Assembly (NCBI GenBank): GCA_963788655.1
Contig: CAWBHS010000008.1
Location: forward strand, 25,989 to 89,988
Reading direction: 5' to 3'
Length of the DNA: 64,000 bases
Source of the DNA: an uncultured Verrucomicrobiae bacterium
GTDB taxonomy: Bacteria > Verrucomicrobiota > Verrucomicrobiia > Limisphaerales > JAFGQR01
A program made the position numbers and the translations under genes. Shown here piece after piece: positions 50,918-60,499 of this stretch; the first letter of the stretch is position 1, and each line of letters begins with the position of its first letter. The notes beneath the pieces are model-generated. The model saw nothing but the letters and a program-made list of their open reading frames with translations. It made no database searches and was not told where the DNA came from.

Positions 50918-52231
50918 TTATCTCGCTAAAATAATGTGGGCTTCGGTGACTTCACTCACAGTGCCGTTCATGGGCGCGTGCAAAAGGGCGCCCAGCGCCT
51001 TCTCCGCCGGTTCGCCTATGACCTGTCCCGCGGACACCCGTGCGCCTGCATTCACCTTCGGCATACAGGGCGAACCCGCGCTTTGTTTGAGCGGCAGGAC
51101 CAGCCGGGCTGGCGTCAAGGATTCTTGCCGTAGCGGGGCGGGTTGGTCGTATTGCTGCACCTGCAGCTTGCGGGTGAGCGTCTTGATCGGCACCCGGCGG
51201 CCTTCGTGCATCGGGTGGGGTTTGACCTCGGTGGGCCCCGTCCACTTGAGTCCCGCCCGGCGCATTTCGGACTTGGAATCGTCGCACGCTTCCTTGGGAA
51301 ACAATTCTTCCGGGCAGGCATACAACGTACACAGTCCGCAAGAACAACAGAGCGCCGCCCATTGATTCCAATACTCGGCACCGGTGGCGGTGAACGCCAG
51401 GCTGCGCATCACTTGGTGCGGTTCCACCGCGTAGCCCAGCAAGTAACGCGGGCAGTATTCGGTGCAATACCGGCATTGGTCGCAGGCCGACTTGCCGATT
51501 TGGGCCTGCGCCTTGGGCGGTTTGAGTTTGCGTTGAATCACGTGATGTTCGCGCGGCAGGATCACGACGCCCGTCGCGGTTTTGGTGATGGGGGTGTCGA
51601 GGTCGTCGGTGGTTTGGCCCATCATCAGGCCGCCGATAACCAGGACCGGATCGTCCGTCGTCAGGCCCCCGGCGGCTGGGAGAACGTCGCGGTAGGTGGT
51701 GCCGATGGGTACCCGCAGCGTTACCGGCGAGTTCACCGCGCCGGCAATCGTGACCAATTTGGTCGTGACCGGTTTGCCAGTCGCCGCCGCGGCAATATTT
51801 ACAAAGGTTTCCACATTGTTGACCACCACGCCCACGTTGATGGGAATGCCGCCCGGCGGAATCAGCCGGCGCGTCACGGCATAAACCAGATCGTATTCGT
51901 CGCCGGCCGGATAATAATCGCCCAGCAATTGCACCCGCACGGATGTGCCTTGGCAGGCGGCCTGGACGGCTTCCACCGCATGCTTCTTTTTGGCCTTGAT
52001 GCCGACCACGCCTTCCTTCGCGCCGACGGCTTCCATGGCCAGTTGCATGCCTTTGACCATTTCGGCCGCGTTGGTTTCCATGATGATGGCGTCCTTGTGG
52101 AGCAACGGCTCGCACTCGGCGCCATTGGCAATCACGGTGTCGGCTTTGGCCGCCAGCTTGACGTGGGTGGGAAACCCGCCGCCCCCGGCGCCTACGACTC
52201 CGGCCTGTTTGACTTGATCCGCTAAATTCAT
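50918..52231 (-). CDS. PduS-like flavo/Fe-S oxidoreductase (RnfC/NuoF-like core, SLBB, two 4Fe-4S motifs)
   Basis: GVVGAGGGGFPTHVK, NGAECEP, CDQCRYCTEYCP, CCSCGLCTLYACP, C-terminal sandwich-barrel domain. Confidence 0.9.
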   Translation of the reverse strand: MNLADQVKQAGVVGAGGGGFPTHVKLAAKADTVIANGAECEPLLHKDAIIMETNAAEMVKGMQLAMEAVGAKEGVVGIKAKKKHAVEAVQAACQGTSVRVQLLGDYYPAGDEYDLVYAVTRRLIPPGGIPINVGVVVNNVETFVNIAAAATGKPVTTKLVTIAGAVNSPVTLRVPIGTTYRDVLPAAGGLTTDDPVLVIGGLMMGQTTDDLDTPITKTATGVVILPREHHVIQRKLKPPKAQAQIGKSACDQCRYCTEYCPRYLLGYAVEPHQVMRSLAFTATGAEYWNQWAALCCSCGLCTLYACPEELFPKEACDDSKSEMRRAGLKWTGPTEVKPHPMHEGRRVPIKTLTRKLQVQQYDQPAPLRQESLTPARLVLPLKQSAGSPCMPKVNAGARVSAGQVIGEPAEKALGALLHAPMNGTVSEVTEAHIILAR

Positions 52232-52293
52232 AGGAACGTGAGTGCGCATTTAACCTGTAACCGTGGGGAATGGCCACAGGAATTTCGTTGTGA

Positions 52294-52442
52294 GTGGGGA
52301 GCGCGACCGCCTCGGACGCTGTCAACGGCACCTCGCCATTGACTCGTATGCCTCAATGCGTCTCGGCAATCGAGAGCTCGGCGACTGCGGACTGCCGGGG
52401 CGAGGCGCACCGGCCGACAGGCGGGGCGCCTGTGCTCCCCAG
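52294..52442. repeat. REP-like inverted repeat upstream of the pduS-like gene
   Basis: tggggagcgcgaccgcctcgg ... acaggcggggcgcctgtgctcccca. Confidence 0.5.
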
Positions 52443-52554
52443 GGAAATTGGCGCTGGTGCTGACGCGGCAGCGTTTTGGAGTGCGGCAGTCCACGACTTG
52501 GCGGTCTTCGCAACTGACAAGCCACGGTTCGCTGCGACGTTGTTCTTCGATTCG

Positions 52555-53150
52555 CCTACTTCGCCCGCCCAACACGCACCAATCGCACTGCCAGCGGTTT
52601 GAGCGTCATTGTCCGGTCGGTGTTGCCGGTCCAGCGCGGGACGGCGGGGAACTGGAGTTTACCGCCGCGCGCTTCGGCGAGTTGACGCTTGAGCCGCGCC
52701 GCCATGTGCTTCAGGTCACTCGTCTGGGTCAGGGCGCGTTTGACTTCGCGGCGTGGCCATCGCTTTCCAGTCGCATCGTGGCAGTGCGAAGGGTGTCATT
52801 GGCGGCGGTTGATTCGCCTTGCACCGAAATGCGCACGGGAGCCGTGGTGAGTTCGAGCGGTTGGCGGAGTGTTGCTCCGGAACTCAACGTCACGACCGCG
52901 GTGCTGGCTACGCTGCGCGGCGGCCAAAGCGTGAAACGGAGCGTGAACGGTCCGTCGCCCTGGATTTCCGCAGCCTGCGTTTCCGGAGATTGGGATTAAC
53001 GCGCAAGGGCTCCGCCCGAATCGATTTTAATTGAATGGATTCGGTGACAGTGGGCGATGACGAATTCGCCGACTCTGCCGCGCTGACGTTGCGTTCGAGA
53101 CAAAGACCGAAGGCGAATCCAAGGACTGCAAATAGGGCAGACATTTTCAT
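52555..53150 (-). CDS. Secreted hypothetical protein, apparently broken by two or more frameshifts
   Basis: MKMSALFAVLGFAFGLCLERNVSA signal peptide; plausible continuation in other frames (GDGPFTLRFTLWPP...). Confidence 0.35.
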
Positions 53151-53189
53151 AAGCGTTTTGGGGAGATCTTCAGGAGCACTCAAAAGTGG

Positions 53190-53264
53190 CGTAGCGGCGT
53201 CTCGGTAGAGCGCCGCCATCTCGGGCAGCAATAGTTTGCGGCGCTCTAACGAGACGCCGCTACG
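53190..53264. repeat. GTAG-type REP hairpin with 27-bp arms
   Basis: cgtagcggcgtctcggtagagcgccgc ... gcggcgctctaacgagacgccgctacg, one mismatch. Confidence 0.85.
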
Positions 53265-53306
53265 TTGGAGTTCACCCCAACGGCTGGCAGACACGACCGG
53301 CGGCAC

Positions 53307-55934
53307 TTACTTCTCCAACGTCACTGCCGCCAGTACCGGCGCCGCAGGGGTGCCCAGGTCGCGAAAAACGACTTTCTCGACTGGCACGGGACGCAGATTG
53401 ACACCCAGCACATTCAGATGCCAGGGATCGCCTTTCAACCCCACCGCTACGTCGGTTGCGTCCGGCGGACTGGCCCAATCGTCCGCGGTGCGATGGCTGA
53501 TCAACGGCACTACTTGCGTTTGCCCGTCGCGGTAGTGAATGACGTATTCGGCCACGGCGCCCCAGTCGCCGGCGCCATCGTCATCCGTCAGCCAGCCGTG
53601 AACGTTACCCAGAAAGAAGAGTCGCCGGCCTTGCGCCTTCACCGGCACGGTGACCTCCTCCGGAAAGTTGGCGCTGGCGCTCACGCCCTGGAGCACGATC
53701 AAGCCATGGTTTCCGTTCTGGCTCGGGTCCAGCACGCGGAATGGCACGCCAGCCGCAGTCATGGTTCCAGCTTTCAAACCAGTAAACAGGTATTTGCCGG
53801 GCTTGATCACGCCGAAGGGAGCATTCAGCGGATCGGTGTTGGCGAACGGCGCCAGGTCGAGCTGCGAACATTGTGAAAGCGGCGGCGGGGTAGTGAGCGG
53901 CATGGCGACCAAGTTAGGGATCGGCTTGGTCTGCGGCGACGGCAGATTGCGATAGGCTTCAATGACGGTCGGATAATCCCATTGCTTTGATTCATCATCC
54001 CGCGATACCACCGTGACGCCCGCCGGCGTGACGATCGCCGGTCGTGACTTCGGCAGGTGCAGCACAATCTGATTGGGTGGTTGGCGATGCGGGGCGTCCA
54101 GTTTCACCTCGACACCGTTTGCCTTTCCACGGACGCGCAGACTCATTACCCCAAAATGGGTCGGCGCGTTTTCAACGCGTATCTCTTTGCCGTTCGCCAG
54201 CCACCAATCCGGTACGCCCATCAACAGGTGCAGTTCGTCGTCGTGTTCGTGGATCAGCGCGTGCCGCAACAAGAAGGCAAAGTTCGCGGCGCCAAGGACG
54301 TGGGGAATGGTTTCGCTCCAGGCATAACGGCGTTTGAAATAGATGCCTTCCGGAAAGGCGTGGCTGGCTGACGAGTGCAGCAGGTACCAATAATAGTCTT
54401 CCACGAACTGATCGTGATCGCCGCGCAGGAGCGAGGCCATGGTGGTGTAGCTCGATAGATACGGATGAATGACGTTGGGCTGGCCGGTCCAACGAATCGT
54501 GCCTTCGGCAAATCCTCCGCCGTGCCGTTCGCGGACTTCGGTCAGCAGAGCGCCGACCCGCGGATCGTCGGGCGCGAACAATTCCGTCGGCCAAAGCGTT
54601 TCCGTGTTGCCCCACGGGGTGCCAACCTTTTCCCAGCTTGGCGGGAAGTAAGCCAATCCGGTGCGTTTCCAGGCGGCGTCAATGGCTTGGCGATAAGCCT
54701 GGGCCTCCGCAGTGAACGCTTCGGCATCGGCGGTTTCGCCCAAAGCGCGGGCGGCATCGGCGGTATAGAGCAGGCCGCGCAAGTTCCAGAAGTCGTAGCC
54801 CACAATGTGATGTTTGCCGTCCCAAAGAAACTCTCCGTCCGCCGGCGCCGCGGGCAGCAGTCCCGCAAAAGGGGAACCGGCTGGCGTGGACCGCCGGGCT
54901 TGCTGAATCCATTCCCCGGACCGGCGCATTTGCGGATATGCCTGCCGCAGCCAGGCGCGATCACCGGTGATTTTCCAATATTGCCACAACGTCCACAGGG
55001 CCTGGCCGTTGGCGTCGAATTGGTTGCTTTGGGATTCAAACCTGCCATCGGGCCGTTGGACTCGCAGATACGTTGCCACCGCTTGGCGCGCGGGTTCGAT
55101 CAAGTTGGCTTCTTCGAGTTCCATCAATTGATAGCCACCATCGCGAATGTAGAACTCGTCATAAAATCCTTCGCCCGCGTGCAACTCGCCGTGATCGCTG
55201 GCAATCAATTGGCACACGTGAGCGGCTTTGAGGGTTTGGGTGGATTTTTCGCACGGCACTTCGATGCGTGTTCCTTGATCAAGCAGGTTGCGCCAATACG
55301 CGACCGTACGCTCCAGCCAGACTTGGGCGTCTTCCTTGGCGAAGACTTTGGGATCGGAGCCCCCAGCGAATGGAACGCGCCATACGGTTTCCGCACTGTG
55401 GCCGGGATCGAGAGAAGCGGTCCAGACGGACCGGGTTGCGTTGTCGGCGGCACCGGACAGTTCGCAGTTCGCGCGAGCCTGCGCCGTGGTGGCTCCAAGG
55501 TTGGTGGCTTTGACTTGGATCCAGTTCAGGTAGTTTTCGCCTTCGGTTGGCCAGTCAAAGGCCGCTTGCCAATCCTTCACGGTGGGCAGCGGGGTTGCCC
55601 AGAGTGTGAAGTCGTAACGCATGCCCGCAGCTTCGGTGTGAAGCAGCACGATGGGCAGCCAACCATCGAGCAGCGTCTTGGTTTGTTGACGGCTGAGCGG
55701 GGTAGCCTGCGGCCCGTAGCGCAAACGCACTTTTACGCCTTTGGCCAGCAACAGTTCATTGTCCGGCGTGACGCGGGTGCCGTCTCGGTAATCCTTCATT
55801 CCAATGACGTTCCAGGAGTTCCGGAAGTAGTCGAACGGTTCGGTGGCTGGCACCGCCGCGAGAAGGTGGGCGGCAGGCGAAGTCAAAATGAGGATGGTCA
55901 AAGCCTGCCAGGCAACGGATTTTCTGAGCTTCAT
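53307..55934 (-). CDS. Secreted six-hairpin (alpha/alpha)6 glycosidase-like protein, family unassigned
   Basis: Signal peptide; YDEFYIRDG, QFDANGQALW, YDFWNLRGL, APTHFG C-terminal sandwich. Confidence 0.6.
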   Translation of the reverse strand: MKLRKSVAWQALTILILTSPAAHLLAAVPATEPFDYFRNSWNVIGMKDYRDGTRVTPDNELLLAKGVKVRLRYGPQATPLSRQQTKTLLDGWLPIVLLHTEAAGMRYDFTLWATPLPTVKDWQAAFDWPTEGENYLNWIQVKATNLGATTAQARANCELSGAADNATRSVWTASLDPGHSAETVWRVPFAGGSDPKVFAKEDAQVWLERTVAYWRNLLDQGTRIEVPCEKSTQTLKAAHVCQLIASDHGELHAGEGFYDEFYIRDGGYQLMELEEANLIEPARQAVATYLRVQRPDGRFESQSNQFDANGQALWTLWQYWKITGDRAWLRQAYPQMRRSGEWIQQARRSTPAGSPFAGLLPAAPADGEFLWDGKHHIVGYDFWNLRGLLYTADAARALGETADAEAFTAEAQAYRQAIDAAWKRTGLAYFPPSWEKVGTPWGNTETLWPTELFAPDDPRVGALLTEVRERHGGGFAEGTIRWTGQPNVIHPYLSSYTTMASLLRGDHDQFVEDYYWYLLHSSASHAFPEGIYFKRRYAWSETIPHVLGAANFAFLLRHALIHEHDDELHLLMGVPDWWLANGKEIRVENAPTHFGVMSLRVRGKANGVEVKLDAPHRQPPNQIVLHLPKSRPAIVTPAGVTVVSRDDESKQWDYPTVIEAYRNLPSPQTKPIPNLVAMPLTTPPPLSQCSQLDLAPFANTDPLNAPFGVIKPGKYLFTGLKAGTMTAAGVPFRVLDPSQNGNHGLIVLQGVSASANFPEEVTVPVKAQGRRLFFLGNVHGWLTDDDGAGDWGAVAEYVIHYRDGQTQVVPLISHRTADDWASPPDATDVAVGLKGDPWHLNVLGVNLRPVPVEKVVFRDLGTPAAPVLAAVTLEK

Positions 55935-56163
55935 GAAAGTAGTCTGAAGGCGTCCGGTTAAAATCGCCAGCGCAAATGCCGGAGCATCCTGCCTTTGCCG
56001 GCAGCAAGACTGCAGGCTTACGGCCTGGAATTACTCTTTGACTAAGCGGTCTAATTATGTCTTAATTCGGCATTCCAGCAACGCGGCTGCGGCCTAATGG
56101 CTATCGCTCAAGGTCAGGCCGAAAACTAAATAACTTGCAACAGGTTCAAGTGCGCACTGCAAC

Positions 56164-57027
56164 ATGATGAAAACGATTGCCAGCCCCTTTCGTCCGATCC
56201 TAATTCTTCCCTTGGTGCTGTTTGCCTCGGCGCTTGCGGCATCCGCCATTCCGCACAGTGTTCAGGATGCCGGGCTGACGCCCGCTGACATCCAAGACCG
56301 GGTAAACGTGTTCATAGCGGCGCTTGGTGGTGGGGACAACGGGATTGACGGTGGTCCGTTTTCGACTGGTTACCGTCACGTGGACTGGGACGGCGTGCCG
56401 GATAACAATGCTGCCGAAAACCTGCTGCCACCCGACTACTACAACACGATTTCCCCGGTGGGCCTGGCACTGTCAACCGATGGCACAGGATTGCAGGTCA
56501 GTGCCGCGCAAGACACTTCCCTACCCGTGCGGTTTGGGACCATGGACGACAGCTATACCACGACGTTCCAGACGTACAGTCCCGAGCGGCTTTTCACGCC
56601 GTTGGGCAGCACCGTGACGGACGTGTATTTCTTTGTGCCCGGCAGTCCGGGCGTGCCGGCCTACGTCAGCGGGTTTGGCGCCGTGTTTACGGATGTCGAT
56701 GATTTTTTCAGCGCAACCATTGATTTCTACGGTTCGGGTTCGGAACCTCTTTACCAAGTGTCGGCCCTGCCGGCTGATGGTGGCCTGTCGTTTGCCGGGG
56801 CGTATTTTGACGGCGGCGAGCAAATCGAACGGGTGCGGATCACCAGCGGTAACACGCCTTTAGGCAGCGGGGTGGTGGATGGCGACGGGATTGACGTGGT
56901 CGTCATGGACGATTTTTATTTTGGCGAACCGATGGCCGTGCCGGAACCGAGCGGGCTGGCGCTGTTTGGCTTGGGATTGCTGGGTTGTGTGACCTTTCAG
57001 TTCTGGCGAAGTAAGCAACGAGGCTGA
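56164..57027 (+). CDS. PEP-CTERM sorting-domain protein
   Basis: Signal peptide; C-terminal VPEPSGLALFGLGLLG...WRSKQRG. Confidence 0.9.
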   Translation: MMKTIASPFRPILILPLVLFASALAASAIPHSVQDAGLTPADIQDRVNVFIAALGGGDNGIDGGPFSTGYRHVDWDGVPDNNAAENLLPPDYYNTISPVGLALSTDGTGLQVSAAQDTSLPVRFGTMDDSYTTTFQTYSPERLFTPLGSTVTDVYFFVPGSPGVPAYVSGFGAVFTDVDDFFSATIDFYGSGSEPLYQVSALPADGGLSFAGAYFDGGEQIERVRITSGNTPLGSGVVDGDGIDVVVMDDFYFGEPMAVPEPSGLALFGLGLLGCVTFQFWRSKQRG

Positions 57028-57043
57028 GCAATGATGAGGGGGA

Positions 57044-57080
57044 ATGCCGGATGCCAGATGCCAGATGCGGGATGCCGGAT
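57044..57080 (+). repeat. Heptamer tandem repeat (ATGCCRG, 5 units)
   Basis: atgccgg atgccag atgccag atgcggg atgccgg. Confidence 0.7.
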
Positions 57081-57220
57081 AATCGAGGTGAATGGGGGGA
57101 CGATGTGTCAGTCGCTACCGAAAGTCGCGATTCGTTTCGCGCGTGGAGGTTGCTTCCGAATTCGTAGAAGTTAACGCGCGCGACATGTAAGGCACACCCG
57201 CCAAAGGGTGGAGCGCCTCG

Positions 57221-57308
57221 GCCGTATCCATTCAGTAGCTGGAGCAGCGATAACGCGGTTCGGCGCGGCAGGACAGGCGGGACGCCTGTCCTGCTGAATA
57301 GTCACACC
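57221..57308. repeat. Small element with weak terminal inverted repeats enclosing a 12-bp hairpin
   Basis: gccgtatccattcag ... ctgaatagtcacacc; inner gcaggacaggcg-gga-cgcctgtcctgc. Confidence 0.55.
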
Positions 57309-57453
57309 TCAGTCCCACCGAAAGCGCCGGCAAGTTGCGTAGTTTAGTCCACTTTGCTTTCAAGTTGAGATTAATGCGGAAGCGCAAGCGCCGTGCGCCG
57401 CCGCATGTTTATGGTAGTTGACTGGCCTCCGGATTTACGGCAACATTCGAGGT

Positions 57454-57669
57454 ATGTTAGGCTTGGATTTGGATGTGTCGAAGCTGACCTCAGTCGAGAA
57501 GATTGCGCTAATGGAGCGCCTCTGGGATGGCCTCTCCACTGAGGCCCTGGAGCCTCCCGCTTGGCATGGCACGGTTCTGGAAGATCGCGAGTCAGAGTGG
57601 GCCAACCGGCAGACGGTTTCGCAGGATTGGGAAACGGCCAAAGAAGACCTTCGGCGAGAGCTTATGTGA
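57454..57669 (+). CDS. Putative addiction-module antitoxin
   Basis: LTSVEKIALMERLWDGL...PPAWH..VLEDR...DWETAK. Confidence 0.85.
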   Translation: MLGLDLDVSKLTSVEKIALMERLWDGLSTEALEPPAWHGTVLEDRESEWANRQTVSQDWETAKEDLRRELM

Positions 57670-57992
57670 ACGTTCGGATTCTGCCTTCCGCCAAGGATGA
57701 CCTCCGCCGGGGATACCGCTTTTACGAACGCCAGGAACCAGGGATCAGTGCTTACTTTCTCGATTCCATGTGCGCCGACATTGATTCCATCAAACTATTT
57801 GGAGGCATCCACAAACGAAGAGGCTTACTGTTCCGGTTCAAATCCAAGCGGTTTCCCTATTGGATTCACTATCGCATCGAAACCGATACTGCCTTTGTAG
57901 CCGCGGTGCTGGATGCAGGGCAATCGCCTGCCGAAATAGCCAAGCGGGAACAACGTGAACAAACCGATCCTCTGGATGAGGGTTCCCCCTGA
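57666..57992 (+). CDS. RelE/ParE-family toxin
   Basis: GTG start overlapping the antitoxin stop; ILPSAKDDL..GYRFYERQ...KRFPYWIHY. Confidence 0.85.
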   Translation: MNVRILPSAKDDLRRGYRFYERQEPGISAYFLDSMCADIDSIKLFGGIHKRRGLLFRFKSKRFPYWIHYRIETDTAFVAAVLDAGQSPAEIAKREQREQTDPLDEGSP

Positions 57993-58258
57993 CTCACTCT
58001 ACAGGGCGTCATAAATGCTTGCGCCTTCGCTAACGCGCCGTGTGCCCTCACGCGCCGGCTCATGCGGCGCGTTTTCAGGCGAAGCAGCGGCGCGAAAGGC
58101 TGGGGCGATTCACCGAAAGAGATGCTAAAGCGAAAGTCCACCGCACCGCTGCGCTGTTGTGTCACCGTATCCTACCAACCGAAAAAGCTTGCCCCTCCTC
58201 GACCGAATCAATGAAGGTCCGTTTAGCGTCGAACAACAGAATTTCAATTTCCAAAACT

Positions 58259-60271
58259 ATGAAGACTACGACTTTGTTTCTTGCCCTGGGACTCGCCGGT
58301 GTGTTGCAGGCCAATTCCGCCGAGCACTTGACTTACGTGGACCTCATCCATCGCCTCACTGATCTCGAACACGTGGCCGTGTTGCCCGCTCCGGGTGAAC
58401 GCTGCGCCCAGTGGTCGAGTTACGACCGCGCCAGCAAATACAACGAGGCGACCGGGAAATACGAACGATGGGACGCCAATGGCGACGGCGGCGGCTTCAT
58501 CCGCAAGGAGGGTGACCAATTCGTTTTTGCCGAAATGACGGGGCCGGGGTGCATCTGGCGGATTTGGTCCGCCAAGCCCGAACAGGGCCACGTTCAGATT
58601 TATCTCGATGGCGCCCGCGAACCCACCGTCGATCTGCCGTTCATCGGTTACTTCGATCATAAGCACGCGCCGTTCACGCGCTCGGCGTTGGTACACACAG
58701 CGGCGAGCGGCTGGAACAATTACACGCCCATCCCGTACCAGAAATCGTGCAAAATCGTCGCGGACAAAGGTTGGGGCGCCTATTACCATTTCAACTACAC
58801 CACGTATCCGGCAGGAACGCAGGTGCCGACGTTCAAGCGCGAACTTTCGGCCGAAGAAAATGCCGCCTTGGATGCCGCCAACCAGACGCTCAGCAAGTGC
58901 GGTCCGCTTTCAGTTCCCAACGGCATGGCGCGTCGCCGCGATTATGTGCTCGCGACCGGCAAGCCCATTCAAGAAACGTGGGCGGGACCGGCGGCCATTC
59001 GCGGCATTCGCGCCTTGATCGACCTGCCGGAGTCTCCCGAAGACCGGAACGTGTTGCGCGAACTCACCATCCAAATCCGCTGGGACGGCGAGCAATCCCC
59101 AAGCGTGTGGGCGCCGCTGGGCGACTTCTTTGGCACCGCCGCCGGGGCCAATGAGTATCGTTCGTTTCCCAGTGGACTGACTGAGGACGGTTGGTGGTAC
59201 TGCAACTGGTACATGCCGTTCGCCAAAGCCGCGGAAGTTACCTTACTGAACGAAGGCAAGGTCAGCCGCAAAGTCACTTTCGAAGTGATCACGGAAGGTC
59301 TCAACGAGGATATCAACCAGATGGCCCGCTTCCACGCCAAATGGCATCGCGACGCCTTCCTGCCGGTCGAGCCGGAGCGCGCCATTGACTGGACAATGCT
59401 GCGCACCCAAGGTCGGGGACGTTTCCTCGGAGTGATGCTGCACGTGTGGAATCCCCGCGGCGGCTGGTGGGGGGAAGGCGATGAAAAGTTCTTCGTGGAT
59501 GGCGAGAAATTCCCGTCCACCATCGGCACGGGCTCGGAGGATTATTTCGGTTACGCCTGGGGCAGTCCGGCGCTCTTCCAAAATGCCTATCACGACCAAA
59601 CCATTTCCATGGGCAACAAGGGCCACGTGTGCGTCAACCGCTGGCACTTTACGGACAACATTCCGTTCCAGAAATCCTTTGAAGGGTGCATCGAAAAATA
59701 TTATCCGAACCAACGACCGACGCTGTACGCCAGCACGGTCTATTGGTATCTGGCACCCGGCGGCCAGGATCCCTACACCCCGGCGCCGCTGAGCGAGCGC
59801 GAGGGCTACTGGACCGAAATGCGAGCCTTCAAGGTGCCGGGGGCACTCGAAGGCGAGCGTTTGAAAGTGCTGCGCAAAACCGGCGGCCAGACCCAAGTGC
59901 AGGAGTTGAGCGATCATTCGGGCAATTGGAGCCAGGATGCGCATTTGTGGTGGACTCAGGGCCAACCCGGCAACCAGCTCGAACTGGCGCTTCCCGTCAA
60001 ACAAACCGGCAAGTACAAACTCATCGTGGCTCTGACCAAGGCGCGCGATTACGGTATCGTGCAACTCTCCCTCGACGGCCAAAAGCTGGGCGACCCCATC
60101 GATCTTTACGATCCGGAGGTCGTGCCCACCGGCCGGCTGGATTTGGGCACGCACGAACTGACTGCCGGCGACCACAAGCTCGTCCTCGAGATCGTCGGGG
60201 CCAACGCCAAGGCCATCAAGTCCTATATGGCCGGGTTGGATTACCTCAAATTGGAACCGGCGGCGCGGTAG
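58259..60271 (+). CDS. DUF2961 (GH172-like) glycoside hydrolase, secreted, with a C-terminal carbohydrate-binding-like domain
   Basis: SSYDR, GPGCIWRIW, APLGDFFG, WWGEGDEKFFVDGE, GTGSEDYFGYAW. Confidence 0.88.
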   Translation: MKTTTLFLALGLAGVLQANSAEHLTYVDLIHRLTDLEHVAVLPAPGERCAQWSSYDRASKYNEATGKYERWDANGDGGGFIRKEGDQFVFAEMTGPGCIWRIWSAKPEQGHVQIYLDGAREPTVDLPFIGYFDHKHAPFTRSALVHTAASGWNNYTPIPYQKSCKIVADKGWGAYYHFNYTTYPAGTQVPTFKRELSAEENAALDAANQTLSKCGPLSVPNGMARRRDYVLATGKPIQETWAGPAAIRGIRALIDLPESPEDRNVLRELTIQIRWDGEQSPSVWAPLGDFFGTAAGANEYRSFPSGLTEDGWWYCNWYMPFAKAAEVTLLNEGKVSRKVTFEVITEGLNEDINQMARFHAKWHRDAFLPVEPERAIDWTMLRTQGRGRFLGVMLHVWNPRGGWWGEGDEKFFVDGEKFPSTIGTGSEDYFGYAWGSPALFQNAYHDQTISMGNKGHVCVNRWHFTDNIPFQKSFEGCIEKYYPNQRPTLYASTVYWYLAPGGQDPYTPAPLSEREGYWTEMRAFKVPGALEGERLKVLRKTGGQTQVQELSDHSGNWSQDAHLWWTQGQPGNQLELALPVKQTGKYKLIVALTKARDYGIVQLSLDGQKLGDPIDLYDPEVVPTGRLDLGTHELTAGDHKLVLEIVGANAKAIKSYMAGLDYLKLEPAAR

Positions 60272-60325
60272 CTGTCCCCAGTGGTCGGAGCGCGGATGCC
60301 TTCATCCGCGCGGTGGAGTTTGGGT

Positions 60326-60416
60326 GGTCATTGGTTGGGAATAGCAAGACCGTTGGTAATGACCAATGGCCAAGAACCAATGACCAGAGAATGACCATTG
60401 CTCAATGATCAATTGG
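60326..60416. repeat. Degenerate AATGACC heptamer repeats between convergent genes
   Basis: ggtcattgg...aatgacc aatggcc aagaacc aatgacc agagaatgacc. Confidence 0.6.
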
Positions 60417-60499
60417 CCGGCGGTACGGGCTCGGACGCAGATTGGGGCTTGGGTGCGCACGGCACGCACGAACTCACCGTCGGCGATCCCAACTTGACC

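Noticed and set aside
50918..52231. RnfC of an Rnf complex
   Set aside because: No rnfDGEAB neighbours; the sandwich-barrel domain is C-terminal and the partner is a BMC-T, which matches PduS.
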